Part shown: positions 40,450-53,399 of the stretch, in pieces
Numbering within the stretch: position 1 is the stretch's first letter
Layout: every line of letters starts with the position of its first letter
Assembly (NCBI GenBank): GCA_030390025.1
Contig: CM059432.1
Coordinates: 99,388,001 to 99,452,000 of the forward strand
DNA from: Squalus acanthias
Lineage: Eukaryota
Direction: 5' to 3'
Length of the DNA stretch: 64,000 nucleotides
Program-made: the position numbers and the translations under genes
Notes under the pieces: generated by a model
Database searches by the model: none
The model's input: the letters and a program-made list of their open reading frames with translations, nothing else
Told to the model about the DNA's origin: nothing

Positions 40450-41157
40450 GGGGTATACATTCCCCTAGAGGACCTGTTTGGGGCGCTCAGTAAAAAATGT
40501 TTGGAAAGTTCACGCCAGGTGCTAACCTGTTCAAACATTAGTAAAATTCCCATTTTTTCTTCCAAGAGGGAAGTGGAGCGCTAAATCAAGCACTCCACTT
40601 GCCTCTTGGAGCGCAAGAGGCAGAGAATGTCCCGATCCGGGGCGAAGTGCTCAGCAGCGCCACAAGTGGCCAAGCGTGGCGCTGCATTGCAGGGGTTCTT
40701 CCCTGCATTAAAGGGAAGGGCCCCACGCTGCGAGCTCTGCAGGTTTATGTAGGCAACCGGGGATGGGAGTGCCGCGGGATCAGCCTGGCACTCATGCAGA
40801 GTGCCAGTCTGACCGATCGCGGCACGGACGCCGCGACCGCTGGCCGAAAATAAATATTTTTAAAAATTGGCAGATTTTTTTGGCCGCCCGCCCACCTTGC
40901 CTTTAAGTTGTGCCCCACGAGTGGCCGGCCTCAGTGTTCGTGACCCCTGCAGCAGTCGGTAACATCGCCCAGCGCTGCAGCGGGACGCAATTGCGAATTT
41001 TGCTTTTGAGGCGCTACCGGGGCGCTGCGCCTGGAGATGATGTCATGACCTCCAGGCGCAGAAGATCGGGGCGCTACCCTCCCGCGGAATTTCACGGGAG
41101 ATGCGCGCCCCGTTAGTGCCTCCCACCGGAGGCACACACAAGGGGAATTTCGCCCCC
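40450..41157 (+). mobile_element. Harbinger MITE, family B-like
   Basis: Ends ggggtatacattccc / ggggaatttcgccccc; TTT on both flanks; shares gtggagcgctaaatc with 60870. Confidence 0.75.
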
Positions 41158-42196
41158 TTTGACTTTGCAAGGATTCAGCTGACACCACAGAGATTCACAT
41201 TAAAGCAACTGTTGGATTTTTATATTGTAGAACAGCACAACAAGAACAAGAACAACTTACATTTGTATAGCCTTTAATGTAGTTAAAATGTCAGAAGGCG
41301 CTTTGCAGAATTGTATCCCAGAATTGTTTGTTTGACTCAGCAGCACCTGTTTATTGATGGAGGTGTTTTGCATGAAAAACAGATGGAAAACTGACATAAT
41401 TTGCTGGGCAATGATGAACAAATGTACCAGAGCCAAAAGTACTGAGCAAATTTCTATAAACCTTGAGTTTATAATAATGAGGATATATGCTAGTCAGATA
41501 GTTTAGAAAGAGAAAAACTACAGACTAACAAAGCATATGGTTTCCCTTGTGCTTGGCTTGTCTGCTGCATATTGCAAACTCACAGTGCATTTGTTACTTG
41601 TCAAGGACATACTTTTGGCACTGTTTCCTATTAACAATCATTGATGTAGCTTGTGGATCTTCATTTTATTTGGAATTTTGGCTGTATTTAAGTGCTCTGC
41701 TGTAATAATTCCCTCAAAATAATGGTTAAGCAATATGATAAAAGCAATCTATGGGGGCGATTTTCCCAGCCCCGAGGAGTCGACTTTGGAGGCCGGACAG
41801 TTGGCAAAATCGCAAAACATGAGGGCGGGTTTGGAACCCACCGCCGCGCAATTTTGCCGGAGGTGGGTTTCATGGGTGTGATTCGGTCCCGCCTCCATCA
41901 GTCGGGAGAGGTAGTTGAGACCCTTAAATAGTCGTTAAGGGCCTCTATAATCCTATTTTGACAGGCCTTTGTTATTTTGCTACATTTTGCACGTTTTGCA
42001 CGACCCTCCTAAACCACGCCAGCTAATCCTGGCGGGTTGACAAGTGGGTGGCCTCCTCACAGCTGCAGCTCCACCATTAAAACGGAGCTTTCATCAGGGA
42101 GCAGTTGCAGGTGGCAGAACTTTTGTTCCACAGATCTTTCAGCACTTTTAGCAGGTCTACCGAAGTCGGAGGTGCTGCAGCTTCTATCTCTCAACT

Positions 42197-43477
42197 GTGG
42201 GACCTCCTTGGAAGACCCTCTCCCTGCTTGGACTGAGCGCTTCCCCAACGGAGGTATCTGCCAGCAGCTTGGAAACCATTTATTTCCTTTCATCATGGAC
42301 CTCAGATTCGGATGAGGAGCAGCCATGGAAGCAGCGGAACCAGGCAGCTCAACAGCGACAGCAACAGGAGCCCCAACCTCCTGCTCACCCACCTGATGCT
42401 GCACAGGGCAGAAGGCGCCAGTGCATGGAAGCACCTCGCTGCAGGAGATACCCCCCTCTCAGGGTTTACAGACAGAGGATGAGCTACCTCAACATGAGTG
42501 AGCCGCAGTGCCAAAGGAGCCTGAGACTTTCGCGAGAGGTTGTCTGGGAGATCTGCGGACTGCTGCACCAACACCTGGAGCCCAGAGCAGCGGGTGGACA
42601 CCCCTTACCAGTGGCTGTCAAAGTCACCACTGCACTCAACTTTTTTGCCTCAGGCTCCTTTCAGGGATCATCAGCAGACATCAGCGGCATCTCCCAGTCG
42701 GCCGCCCACAGTTGCATCACGCAGGTTACCGATGCCCTTTTCGCAAAGGTGCACAATAACATCCACTTCTCAAGTTTAACCGCGCGTTCAGTTGGCTTTG
42801 CAAATATGGCAGGCTTGCCAATGGTGCAGGGCGTCATAGACTGCACACATGTGGCCCTTAGGGCACCCCATCACAACCCAGCTATCTTTGTCAACCGCAA
42901 GAGCTTCCACTCCCTCAACGTACAGCTGGTGTGTAACCACAAAAAGGAGATTTTGCATGTTTGCACCAAGTTCTGTGGTAGTTGCCATAACTCGTTCATC
43001 CTGCGGCACTCTAGTGTTCCTCCGCTTCTCAATCCGCCAAACCAACTTAACGGATGGCTCCTTGATGACAAGGGCTACCCCCTGAAAAAGTGGCGAATGA
43101 CACCGATCAGGAGGCCAGCTAACGAGGCTGAGGAGCGCTACAACGCCAGCCACATTTCGACCAGGTCCATCATCGAGCAAACCATTGGCTTGCTGAAGAT
43201 GCGATTCCTTGACAGATCAGGTGGATCCCTGCAGTATTCAGCAGCCAGGGTCTCCAGAATGGTCGTGATCTGCTGTGCACTGCACAACATGACACAGCGT
43301 CGTGGCTTGCAGCTTCCTGATGAGCAAGTGGCTCAGTTCATAGCCTCCTCAGATGAGGAGGAGGAGGAGGAGGAGGAGGACCGAGTGGCAGCGTATCTAC
43401 CAGCAGCAGCGGCATCACGCGGGCACATGGCTGCCCGTGATGCAAGGGATGCACTCATCCTGGCCAGATTTGCATAG
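42197..43477 (+). pseudogene. Harbinger DDE transposase (HARBI1-like); open frame but with small deletions and substitutions
   Basis: [39 protein letters not shown] in place of GSCHD and short in-frame deletions relative to the sister copies. Confidence 0.9.
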
Positions 43478-44102
43478 GTTGCCCATTGTGGCACATGTGC
43501 TTGGCTCCTTCTTAACACATGATAGACAATGGACATGACTCTCTGGCCTCCTTTCACTCTGACCACCAACCTGACCACGTAAGTGTTGCGGAGCCCGCAA
43601 TGTAGAGCTGCCTAAGCTGAAATAACATATGCCATCACGCCAACAGTTTGCCATCACCTAATTTTAATACATGGCGGTAATTTTCTGACGTCCAAGGAGG
43701 TGGATTTGGAGGCAGGAAAGGCAGGAAAATCGGAAACAATGAGGGCAGGTTCGGAACCCGCCTCCAACCCGCCTCCACGGAATTTTGCCGGTGCCGGTTT
43801 TGCAGGGCGAGAAACGGTCCCGCCTCCAGCAGGCCAGAGAGCTTGTTAAGAGGCTTAAATGCTCGTTAAGGGCCTCGCTAAGCCTATTTTGAGAGGGCCT
43901 CGTGATGTTTAGACCATTTCGGCGTGTTCGATGACCCTCCTAAACCACGCCAGCTAATCCTGGTGGGTTGACAAGTGGGTGGTCTCCTCACAGCTGCAGC
44001 TCCAACATTAAATTGTTTATTTCATCAGGGATTAGTTGCAGGTGGCAGAACTTTGCTTTAAAAGGTCTTTGAGCACTTTTAGAAGGCCTTCCGAAGTCGG
44101 AG

Positions 44103-45587
44103 GTGCTGCAGCTTGAATCTATCAACTGTGGGACCTCCTTGGAAGACCCTCTCCCCGCTTGCAATGAGCGCTTCCCCAACGGAGGCATCTGTAAGCAGCA
44201 TGGGAACCATTTATTTATTTCACCATGGACCTCAGATTTGGATGAGGAGCAGCCACGGCAGCAGCAGAACCAGGCAGCTCAGCAGCAACAGCAGCAGGAG
44301 CCCCAACCTCCTGCTCAGCCACCTGATGCTGCACAGGGCAGAAAGCGCTAGCGCATCGAGGCACCTCGCCGCAGGAGATACCCCCAACAGAGGGTTTACA
44401 GACAGAGGATGAGCTACCTCAACATGAGTGAGCAGCAGTGCCAAAGGAGGCTGAGACTTTCGCGAGAGGTTGTCCGAGAGATCTGCGGACTGCTGCAGCA
44501 AGACCTGGTGCCCAGAGGAATGGGTGGATACCCCTTACCAGTGGCTGTCAAAGTCACCACCGCACTCAACTTCTTTGCCTCAGGCTCCTTCCAGGGATCA
44601 TCAGCAGACATCAGCGGCATCTCCTTGTCGGCCGCCCACAGTTGCATCACGCAGGTTACTGATGCCCTTTTCGCTAAGGCCCACAATTACATCCAGTTCT
44701 CAAGGGATCAAGCAAGTATAACCGCCCATTCGGTTGGCTTTGCAAATATGGCAGGCATGCCAATGGTGCAGGGCGTCATAGACTGCACACAGGTGGCACC
44801 CCATCACAACCCAGCTATCTCTGTCAACCAAAAGGGCTTCCACTCCCTCAAAGTACAGCTTATGTGTAGCCACAAGAAGGAGTTCTTGCATGTTTGCGCC
44901 AATTTCTGTAGTAGTTGCCATGACTCTTTCATCCTGCGGCACTCTAGTGTTCCTCCGCTTTTCAATCCGCCAAACCAACTTAATGGATGGCTCTTTGGTG
45001 ACAAAGGCTACCCCCTGAAGAAGCGGCTAATGACGCTGATCAGGAGGCCAGCTAACGAGGCTGAAGAACGTTACAACGCCAGCCACACTTTGACCAGGTC
45101 CATCATCGAGCAAACCATTGGGTTGTTGAAGATGCGCTTCCGTTGCCTTGACCAATCAGGTGGAGCCCTGCAGTATACACCATACAGGGTCTCCAGAATG
45201 GTCGTGGTCTGCTGTGCACTGCACAACATCGCACAGCGTCATGGCTTGCAGCTTCCTGATGAGCAAGTGGCTCAGTTCCAGCCTTCCTCAGATGAGGATG
45301 ATGAGGAGGAGGAGAATGTGGAGGCTGAGTAGGAGGAGCATCTGGAGCAGGAGGAGGAGCAGAAGCATAAGGAGGAGGAGGAGGATGAGGAGGCTGAGGA
45401 GGAGGAGGAGGAGGAGGAGGATGAGGAGGAGGAGGAGGAGGAGGAGGATGAGGAGGAGGAGGAGGAGGAGGAGGCGCAGGAGGAGGAGCAGGAGGCGCCG
45501 GTGTATCGACCAGCAGCAGCGGCAGCACACGAGCACATGGCTGCCTGTGATGCAAGGGATGAACTTATCCTGGCCAGATGTGCATAG
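44103..45587 (+). pseudogene. Harbinger transposase pseudogene (stop codons at ~44349 and ~45330)
   Basis: ORF 44409-45332 contains IDCTQV, GDKGY, IIEQTIG and CCALHN. Confidence 0.88.
45291..45495. repeat. (GAG)n-rich expansion in the transposase acidic tail
   Basis: About 200 bp of imperfect GAG/GAT triplets, versus about 27 bp in the outer copy. Confidence 0.9.
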
Positions 45588-46309
45588 GTTGCCCAAGTTG
45601 GCACATGTCCTTGGCTCCATCTTAAGACATCATTAACAATGGACATGACTCTCTGGCCTCCTTTCACTCAGGCCACCAACCTGACAACGCAAGTGTCGCG
45701 GAGCCCGCAATGTGGAGCTGCCGAAGGCGAAAGAACAGATGCCATAACGCCAACATTTTGGCATCAAATCATTTTAATGCTTTCCAACATGAATGGCATT
45801 TCATCAATACACAAAAACATTCACCCAATCTGCACACAGATCTGGAGGTTATATCCCTTGCCAGCTGTACCCATACAGCCTTGGTTTCTTTGGGAGGCCT
45901 CTTCCTCCCAGATGAGTGGACGAGCACCTTCCTGCTAGCTGTCACCCCCTCAAACAACATTTGCAGTGCCTCATCCGAGAGCATTGGTGAGGCCCTTGCC
46001 TTGGAATTGGACATAGTGGCTTCTCAGAATATGTTGCAGGTGGTGCAGCATAGGCAGAAATCCTGTGGAATGATCCAAGGCAGCAAGAAGCCATAAAATC
46101 AGGCTGGAAAAGTGATGTCAGCATGGGGCGAGTTTCATACCAAAACACTAGTTGACCAAGGGCATCCCACACCTCTGAAATCAAGTGGCCAATCAGGGAA
46201 AATTGCAATTTTTTGACAACTATCAGTGGAGGCGGGTTTCAAACCTACCCAAACCGAAACCCGCCTCCATCTCGCCTCCAGTGGGAAAATCGCTCCCACA
46301 CAGGGATGG

Positions 46310-46530
46310 CATTTCAGCAATAAACAGAAACAATCACCCAATCTGCACACAGATCTGGAGGTTATATCCCCTGCCAGCTGGACCCACACAGCCTTGGTTT
46401 CTTTGGGAGGCCTCTTCCTCCCAGATGAGGGGAAGAGCACCTCCCTGCTAGCTCTTGCCCCCTCAACCAGCATACCCGGCGCCTCATCAGAGAACCTCGG
46501 GGAGGCCCTTGCCTTGGAGCTGACCATTCT
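46310..46530 (-). pseudogene. Truncated Myb/SANT N-terminus of the outer Harbinger
   Basis: MVSSKARASPRFSDEAPGMLVEG...REVLFPSSGRKRPPKETKAVW. Confidence 0.75.
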
Positions 46531-47189
46531 TCAAGGAGATAAAAGTTTGGAGGTGGTGCAGCATCGACCAAAAACCAGTGGAATGAGCCAAGGCAGCAAA
46601 CAGCCCTTAAATGAAGCTGGATAAGTGACGTCAGCAGAGGCGAGTTTCAGTCCCAAAAGACTAATTGGCCCAGGGAACCCACACATCTGAAATTAACTGG
46701 CCAATGAGGGGAAAATCGCAAATTTTTCCCACCCGACAGTGGAGGCGGGTTTGGAACCCAACCAAACCGAAACCCGCCTCCAATGGGAAAATCGTCCCCA
46801 TGTCTATAAAAAGAGAGAAAATTGCTAATGTAATTTGAAAAATTCCTTCAGTAAAATTCTTTTAAATGCCTAATTTACTTTGCATCAAAAAAAATCAAAG
46901 CTATGAAAATCTCAAGTTAAATGTAAGTTACAATTTTTCTTTTTACCATATTACAACCAAGAAACTACTATTGGTGATAAAAGTTTTAAACACTTAACAT
47001 GTGTGTATGATATTTCTTTGTCTGCTATTTTATTGCCAGTGTTAACCCACTTATTTTAAATGTGCTAAAGCTTCCACTAAAATAGCAGACAAAGGAATAT
47101 TGCCCACTAAAGTAACCAACAATCAGTTTTGCACTTATAAGAGGATAGCTGATTCATTTTTTGAACTCTTCATTTACTTGCTGACCTAA

Positions 47190-49620
47190 TCAAATTACCA
47201 CCAATGGTGTGGAGGACGAATTCTTGGAATGCATGCAAGATGGTTTCCTGGATCAGTATGTGGAGGAACCAACCAGGGAACAGGCTATTCTGGATCTGGC
47301 ACTGTGTAATGAGAAAGGGCTAATCAATAATCTTGTGGTAAAAGGGCCTTTAGGGCATAATATGATTGAATTTTATATTAAGTTTGAGAGTGATGTAATC
47401 CAATCTGAAACTAAGGTCTTCAATCTAAACAGAGGAAACTACAAGGGTATGAGGGACAAGTTGGCCATGGTAGATTGGGAGACTGCACTGAAAGCTATGA
47501 AGGTGGACATACAATGGCTAACATTCAAGGAAATAATGCATAATTTGCAACAAACATATATTCCTCTAGGGTATAAAAACTCAAAAGGAAAAATGATCCA
47601 ACCATGGCTAACAAAAGAAATTAAAGCTAGTATTAAGTAAAAGGAGGAAGCTTATAAAGTTGCCAGAAAAAGCGGTCAGCCTGAGGATTGGGATCTTTTT
47701 AGAAATCAGCAAAGGGAGACCAAGAAATTGATAAAGAAATGGAATATGAGCACAAACTAGCAAAAAATATAAAAACGGATTGTAAAAGCTTCTATAGGTA
47801 TGTGAAAAGGAAAAGACTGGCGAAGGTGTAATAATGTAGGTCCTTTACAGTCAGAGACGGGAGAATTTATAATGGGGAATGAGGAAATGGCAGAGAAATT
47901 AAATAACGGAGGAAGACACAAAAAACCTCCCAGAAATACGAGAAAACCAAGGGTGTGACGAGAATGAAGAACTTAAAGAAATTATTATTAGTAAAAAAAC
48001 AGTACTAGCAAAATTAATGGGACTAAAAGCCGATAAATCCCAAGAACCGGATGACCTACATCCTAGGGTTTTGAAAGAGGTGGCCATTGGAATAGTGGAC
48101 GCATTGGTTGTCATCTTCCAAAATTCTATAGATTCTGGAATGGTTCCTGCAGATTGGAGGATAGCAAATGTAACCCTGCTATTTAAGAAAGGAGGGAGAG
48201 AGAAATCGGGGAACTACAGATCTGTTAGCCTCACATCAGTAATTGGGAAAATGCTGGAATCTATTATAAAGGATACAATAACTGGACGCTTAGAAACTAA
48301 TAGTAAGATTGGGCAGAGTCAACATGGATTTATGAAAGGGAAATCCTGTTTGACAAACCTATTGGAGTTCTTTGAGGATGTAACTAGTGGAGTAAACAAA
48401 CGGGAACCAGTAGATGTGGTGTATCTGGATTTTCAGAAGGCCTTCAATAAGGTCCCACACAAGAGGTTGGTGAACAAAATTAGGGCACATGAAATTGGGG
48501 GTAATATACTAGCATGGATTGAGAATTGGTTAACAGACAGAAAACAAAGAGTAGGGATAAACGGGTCTTTTTCAGGATGGCAGGCTGTGACTAGTGGGGT
48601 ACCGCAAGGATCGGTGCTTGGGCCCCAGCTATTCACAATCTATATCAATGATTTGGATGAGGGGGCTAAATGTAACATTTCAAAATTTGCTGATGATACA
48701 AAGCTGGGTGGCAGTGTCAGTTACGAAGAGGATGTGAAGAGGCTTCAAGGGGATCTCGACAGGCTCAGTGAGTGGGCGAGAACATGGCAGATGGAATATA
48801 ATGTGGATAAAAGTGAAGTTATCCACTTTGGTAGAAAAAACAGAAAGGCAGAGTATTTCCTAAATGGTGAAAGATTGGGGAATGCAGATGCTCAAAGGGA
48901 CCTGGGTGTCCTTGTACATGAGTCACTGAAAGTGAATGTGCAGGTGCAGCAAGCCATTAGGAAGGCAAATGGTATGCTGGTCTTCATTACAAGAGGATTT
49001 GAGTACAGGAGTAAAGAAGTCTTACTCCAATTATATAGGGCCTTGGTGAGACCACACCTGGAGTACTGTGTACAATTTTGGTCTCCTTACCTAAGGAGGG
49101 ATATACTTGCCATAGAGGGAGTGCAACGAAGGTTCACGAGATTGATTCCTGGGATGGCGGGACTGTCGTATGAGAAGAGATTGAGTAAACTAGGCCTGTA
49201 TTCTCTTGAATTCAGAAGAATGAGAGGAGATATCATTGAAGCATACAACATTATTACAGGGCTTGATAGGGTGGATGCTGGGAGAATATTTCCCTTGGCT
49301 GGGGAGTCTAGAACCAGGGGCCACAGCCTCAAGATAAAGGGTAGGACATTCAGGTCTGAGATGAGAAGAAATGTCTTCACACAGAGGGTGGTGAATCTTT
49401 GGAATTCTCTACCCCAGAGGGCTGTGGAGGCCCAGTCATTGGGTATATTCAAAACAGAAGTCGATAGATTTCTGACTAGTAAGGGCATCAAGGGATATGG
49501 CGATAGGGCCGGTGAATGGAGTTGAGGCAGAAAATCAGCCATGATCTCATTGAATGACGGAGCAGGCTCGAAGGGCCGAATGGCCTACTCCTGCTCCTAT
49601 TTCTTATGTTCTTATGTTCT
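47190..49620 (+). mobile_element. CR1 LINE, 5'-truncated, with a long intact RT segment (48017-49525)
   Basis: NYRSVSLTS, LDFQKAFNKVPH, GVPQGSVLGP, KFADDTKL, YGDRAGEW; (ttcttatg)n tail. Confidence 0.96.
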
Positions 49621-50577
49621 AATTGAGAGAAGAAGAAAAAAAATTCTCCACTGATGTATCAAATAATTTCATGCAATTAAGCTGTCATGTTTTAAATATT
49701 AGCAACAAAATGTGGACACATTTATTGTTTCAACATAATACAAGCATATTTATCCGACAATGATAGATGACAAGTGTTCTTTGCAATCATTTTAATATAA
49801 CTTTGTTGAATACATATGGGATGAAATTCAAACAGTAAATTTTATTGAATGAACAACCTTTATCACACACGAAGCTCCAAATTTCTTTATTTTCTTCTGC
49901 AGTCTGAAGTTGATAATCAGTTTGTTAAAATTTCTTACAATTAGGTTTATATACTGTTTAAAGTTCAATTTTCACTCCCAGATAGTAATTTTAAACCTAC
50001 ATTTCTTCTATGTTCGAAGTGTGCAGTGCCCTTCTCATCTGATATATCTCATTGGCACATGGCCTCAGGCTGCTCACATATGCCAACATGCAATTTCCTT
50101 AATACTTTGACCTTTCTAAAAATGATTTTATATATTTGAGCTCCAAATGAATGTCCACACCAAATTCTGATTGCTGATCCCTAAACACACTTTGAGTGAA
50201 TTTATTTTAATTGCCATCCTAATCCTTGTTTTCCATAGATAAAATAAGGCCAGGTCAGAAAGCTTCAAATTGTGAGAAGTTTGTTTAACCTCAGTTATTG
50301 TATATTGGTTTGAACCAGGGCATAGGGAATGCATTTTGAATCATACACACTTCCTCCAAATGTTGACTTGTACCCACTACTATGCACATTTCCGTGGGGA
50401 TCTGGAGCCATTCCCCTTTTGAAAATTTTGAATTGTTACATTAAAAACTATGCATTCTACTTAATTTTAAATTTCACAATTGATAGCTTTTTAATCTTTA
50501 AAAAGAAAAATAAGTAACCTTTGGATGTATCTATATTCAGCATACCAGCCAGACCGTCATTTTTCCAAAGAGTCATT

Positions 50578-52721
50578 GGGCTGGATTTTGATACTGGGGA
50601 CGTGATGGAGTCGGGACTCCCACTTTTTGGGTTGTAGACCCGCCTCCATCGACTTGTGGCCAACCCACTGTATTTTCACTTGATTGACCTTGTTGAGCCC
50701 GCCCAGCAAGCTCAGCAGGCCAATTAAGGGCCACCCGGCAACAGGTGACGTCACAGATTGACATTTCATCTGTCAAGAGCTTTTGACAGATGAAATATCA
50801 GCGTTTCACAGCTCTGTGAAGGTGTCAAGCACTGACAATCTGTCTTCTAACTTGAGTCCTTCCTCTCAGGCTGAGTTGGAAATCATTCCAGCACAGAAAA
50901 CAGAGGCTGCAACTTTTGTCAGCACCACGGCCTTTCTGCTTTCTGTGCCAGTGAGATTTCTGACTCCCGAGAACTGAAGGGCTGATACCTGCAGGAGGAA
51001 GTTAAGGTAAGTAAAACTTTTCCCCACACTTTGCACTTACCTTACACACTTACCTCTGCACACATGCACCCATCACTCACCTGCCCACCGGACATATCGA
51101 CCCCTCCAACCCCTGCAGACCCACGGTCCGCCTTGCTAACTTGGCGTGGTTGGGACCTGTCGGGAAGCCTACATTTCAGCTTTTAAAATAGGGATTAGGC
51201 AAAAAACTGCCTGTTAACTACCTGTTAACAGGCAGTTAATTGTCACTAATCCCCTTCCCGCCTCGGGGAGGCGGGTCCCAGCACAGGTCAGGTACCCTTG
51301 GAAGCCCCAAAACCCCTCCAGGGAGAACACCGACCGATTAAACAATGGGAGAAATATTAACAGGTACTCAGACATTTACGAGTAGCCCCGAAACCCATTA
51401 AAACGGAGATCACCCTATACAAGACATTTGAGCGCCAAACCCTAACAAAAGAAAAGACATTAAGGTTGGGCGGGAAACGGAAGATTTTGCACTATAATTA
51501 CAAGCTCCAAACCGTCCATCTTTCTCTTGACTCTTGGCTCTTATTCGGTTGACTCTTATCCTGGTGGCTGCCCTTGACTCGCCGTCTTGTTCCTGCTTGC
51601 CTCGTGTCTCTTTTCAAAAGACTGTTGAACTTTATGATCCGCTCGGATCTACCCCGGGTCGTGTCGCGAAGACCTGTGTAGAACTGGGCTCTGAAGCCTT
51701 GAAGCGGGCGCACCATCCCGATAAGTCGGTAAACGGTGTTGGAACCGAAGGCCCGAGATGAGATGAGATGAGATGAAAAGAGAAGAAGACCATACTTATC
51801 GCCACGGTCAGTAAGCTCCGACCGCGCCTGTAGGTCGAATAGACATTTTCCTTGCCAGGAAGACTTCTTTGAGTTCTACAGAACTGACACAGGAAGACTA
51901 TTTTTCGAATTCTATCGCATCCGTGCGAGGGCACAGGAAGACTCTTTTTTTGAGTAGAGTCGGAACTCCGAGGACAACACAGATCTTCATGACAGCAGAC
52001 GTTCCAGCCTGCTAGCCGGAGCAGAAACGAGTAAACAAGTGGGGCCAGGAGACCCCCTGATCGACACGTGGGCGTTGCGGTGAAAAACATCCGATCAGAG
52101 TTTTCGGAATTCTCCGAGTTATCACGAGTGGTGAGCATGAGTCTCGAATCCTACGAATCTAGCTTAGGACAGATATTGATAGGGGAGGGTTTTAGGTATT
52201 AAGGATAATTGTAATGTGTGCCCCCATTTACGATGTGTCGTTCGTTCCTCGTTTCCCTGAAATTAGTTACATAACTGCGTGTAAGATTGTACTGTCATTA
52301 ATCTGTGCTTATGACATGTATTTCGTAATCTTAAATATTATGCAATAAAGATTTTTCCATTTCGTACCATTCAACCGAGTCTACCTGAGTTTCATCTCCA
52401 TTATTACTCTCGCATCTAAGTCCAGTGTCTAGAACCGTAAGGGCGAGTGGGTCGAACCACTCACAGGTGTGTCTAGTGCTCCCAGACTGGCTGGAGACCA
52501 GAACAGGCAACAAGGCCTAAACCCGCACTAGCACCCGGGCTGCACAGAGCCACACGAATCTCACAGGTTCAGAGAGAGACGAAAACCCTTACAACCCGCC
52601 TCCAGCGAAACTGGCATGGAGGTGGGTTGGGGGCGGGATGGAGTCGGGACCCCCGAATCTGCAACTTTAACCCCCCACACGCCTCCAAACCCGCCTCCAC
52701 GGGTCAATGAAAATCCAGCCC
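50578..52721 (+). mobile_element. Harbinger MITE family D carrying an LTR insertion
   Basis: Perfect TIR gggctggatttt / aaaatccagccc; exact ATT TSD. Confidence 0.9.
51298..52593 (+). mobile_element. Solo LTR, 5'-truncated
   Basis: Ends ...cccttACA; ACCC on both flanks; TATA-like motif at 51493 and AATAAA at 52344; homologous to the reverse complement of 53475-54700. Confidence 0.75.
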
Positions 52722-52749
52722 ATTCTATCCCTTCTTCGAGGCACACTTC

Positions 52750-52835
52750 GCCTATAACCCTCAGTTCAAAGGCTGTCATACTATAACCCTCAGTTCAAAG
52801 ACACTCTCAACTATATCGCTCTAGTTTAAAGACAT
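52750..52835. repeat. Short tandem repeat (ctataaccctcagttcaaag core, about 3 copies)
   Basis: Visible direct repeats. Confidence 0.7.
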
Positions 52836-53399
52836 TCTTCTGCTCTCGCCCCCATGAATTCACAGAGACACCCTCCAGTTCACACAGGCACTGTTCCTCT
52901 AATTGCATCAGAACACATGCCAATCATCTGTGTTTGATGCAGTCAGGACTTTGGGGTGGTGGTGGTCCATGTGTTCGGGTGAAAGTTAGTGCATGCCATG
53001 CCCCTTCCCTTCCATACTGCTCCTGCCTGCATCCTGCTGATGTTTTAAGTGATTCCAACTATTGCATACAGTGGATAGGAATTCTCTCAAGAGAATACAA
53101 GGGTAGCACTTTGAGGAGACAGTGGGGAGATGCCAGGAACATTTTTTGGAGGGGAAGAGTGGAGAAGCTGTGCAGAGGGGACAGAAGGAAAATGCCAGTA
53201 TTGACTAAGGGAACAGTGAAAAAAGTGTGTCAACATGAAGTTTGGAGGGAGTACAGTGACTCTTGTGAACTGGGCCAGGAAATTAGAAGTGGGAAAGTGA
53301 TTGCTGAGTTGGCATTTGGGAAAGTAATGGTTTGATTGTCTGTTGAAAACCCAAATGTCACTTTTTTTCTTTTTTCAATGGTAAACCTACCTCTCATCT

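Larger units (their letters stand above)
43673..46297 (+). mobile_element. PIF/Harbinger element (inner, nested)
   Basis: Degenerate TIRs ggcggtaattttctgac / gtgggaaaatcgctccc; own transposase and truncated SANT fragment (45769-46014, -). Confidence 0.85.
41754..46799 (+). mobile_element. PIF/Harbinger element (outer), containing a nested same-family copy
   Basis: TIR ggggcgattttccc / gggaaaatcgtcccc; exact ATG TSD. Confidence 0.9.

Noticed and set aside
42197..45332. Domesticated host HARBI1 gene or tandem paralogues
   Set aside because: Both ORFs lie within TIR-bounded elements and carry deletions, stops or motif substitutions, so they are transposon copies
45103..45667. Poly-P, poly-R, poly-S and poly-L ORFs
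   Set aside because: Alternative frames of the (GAG)n tract
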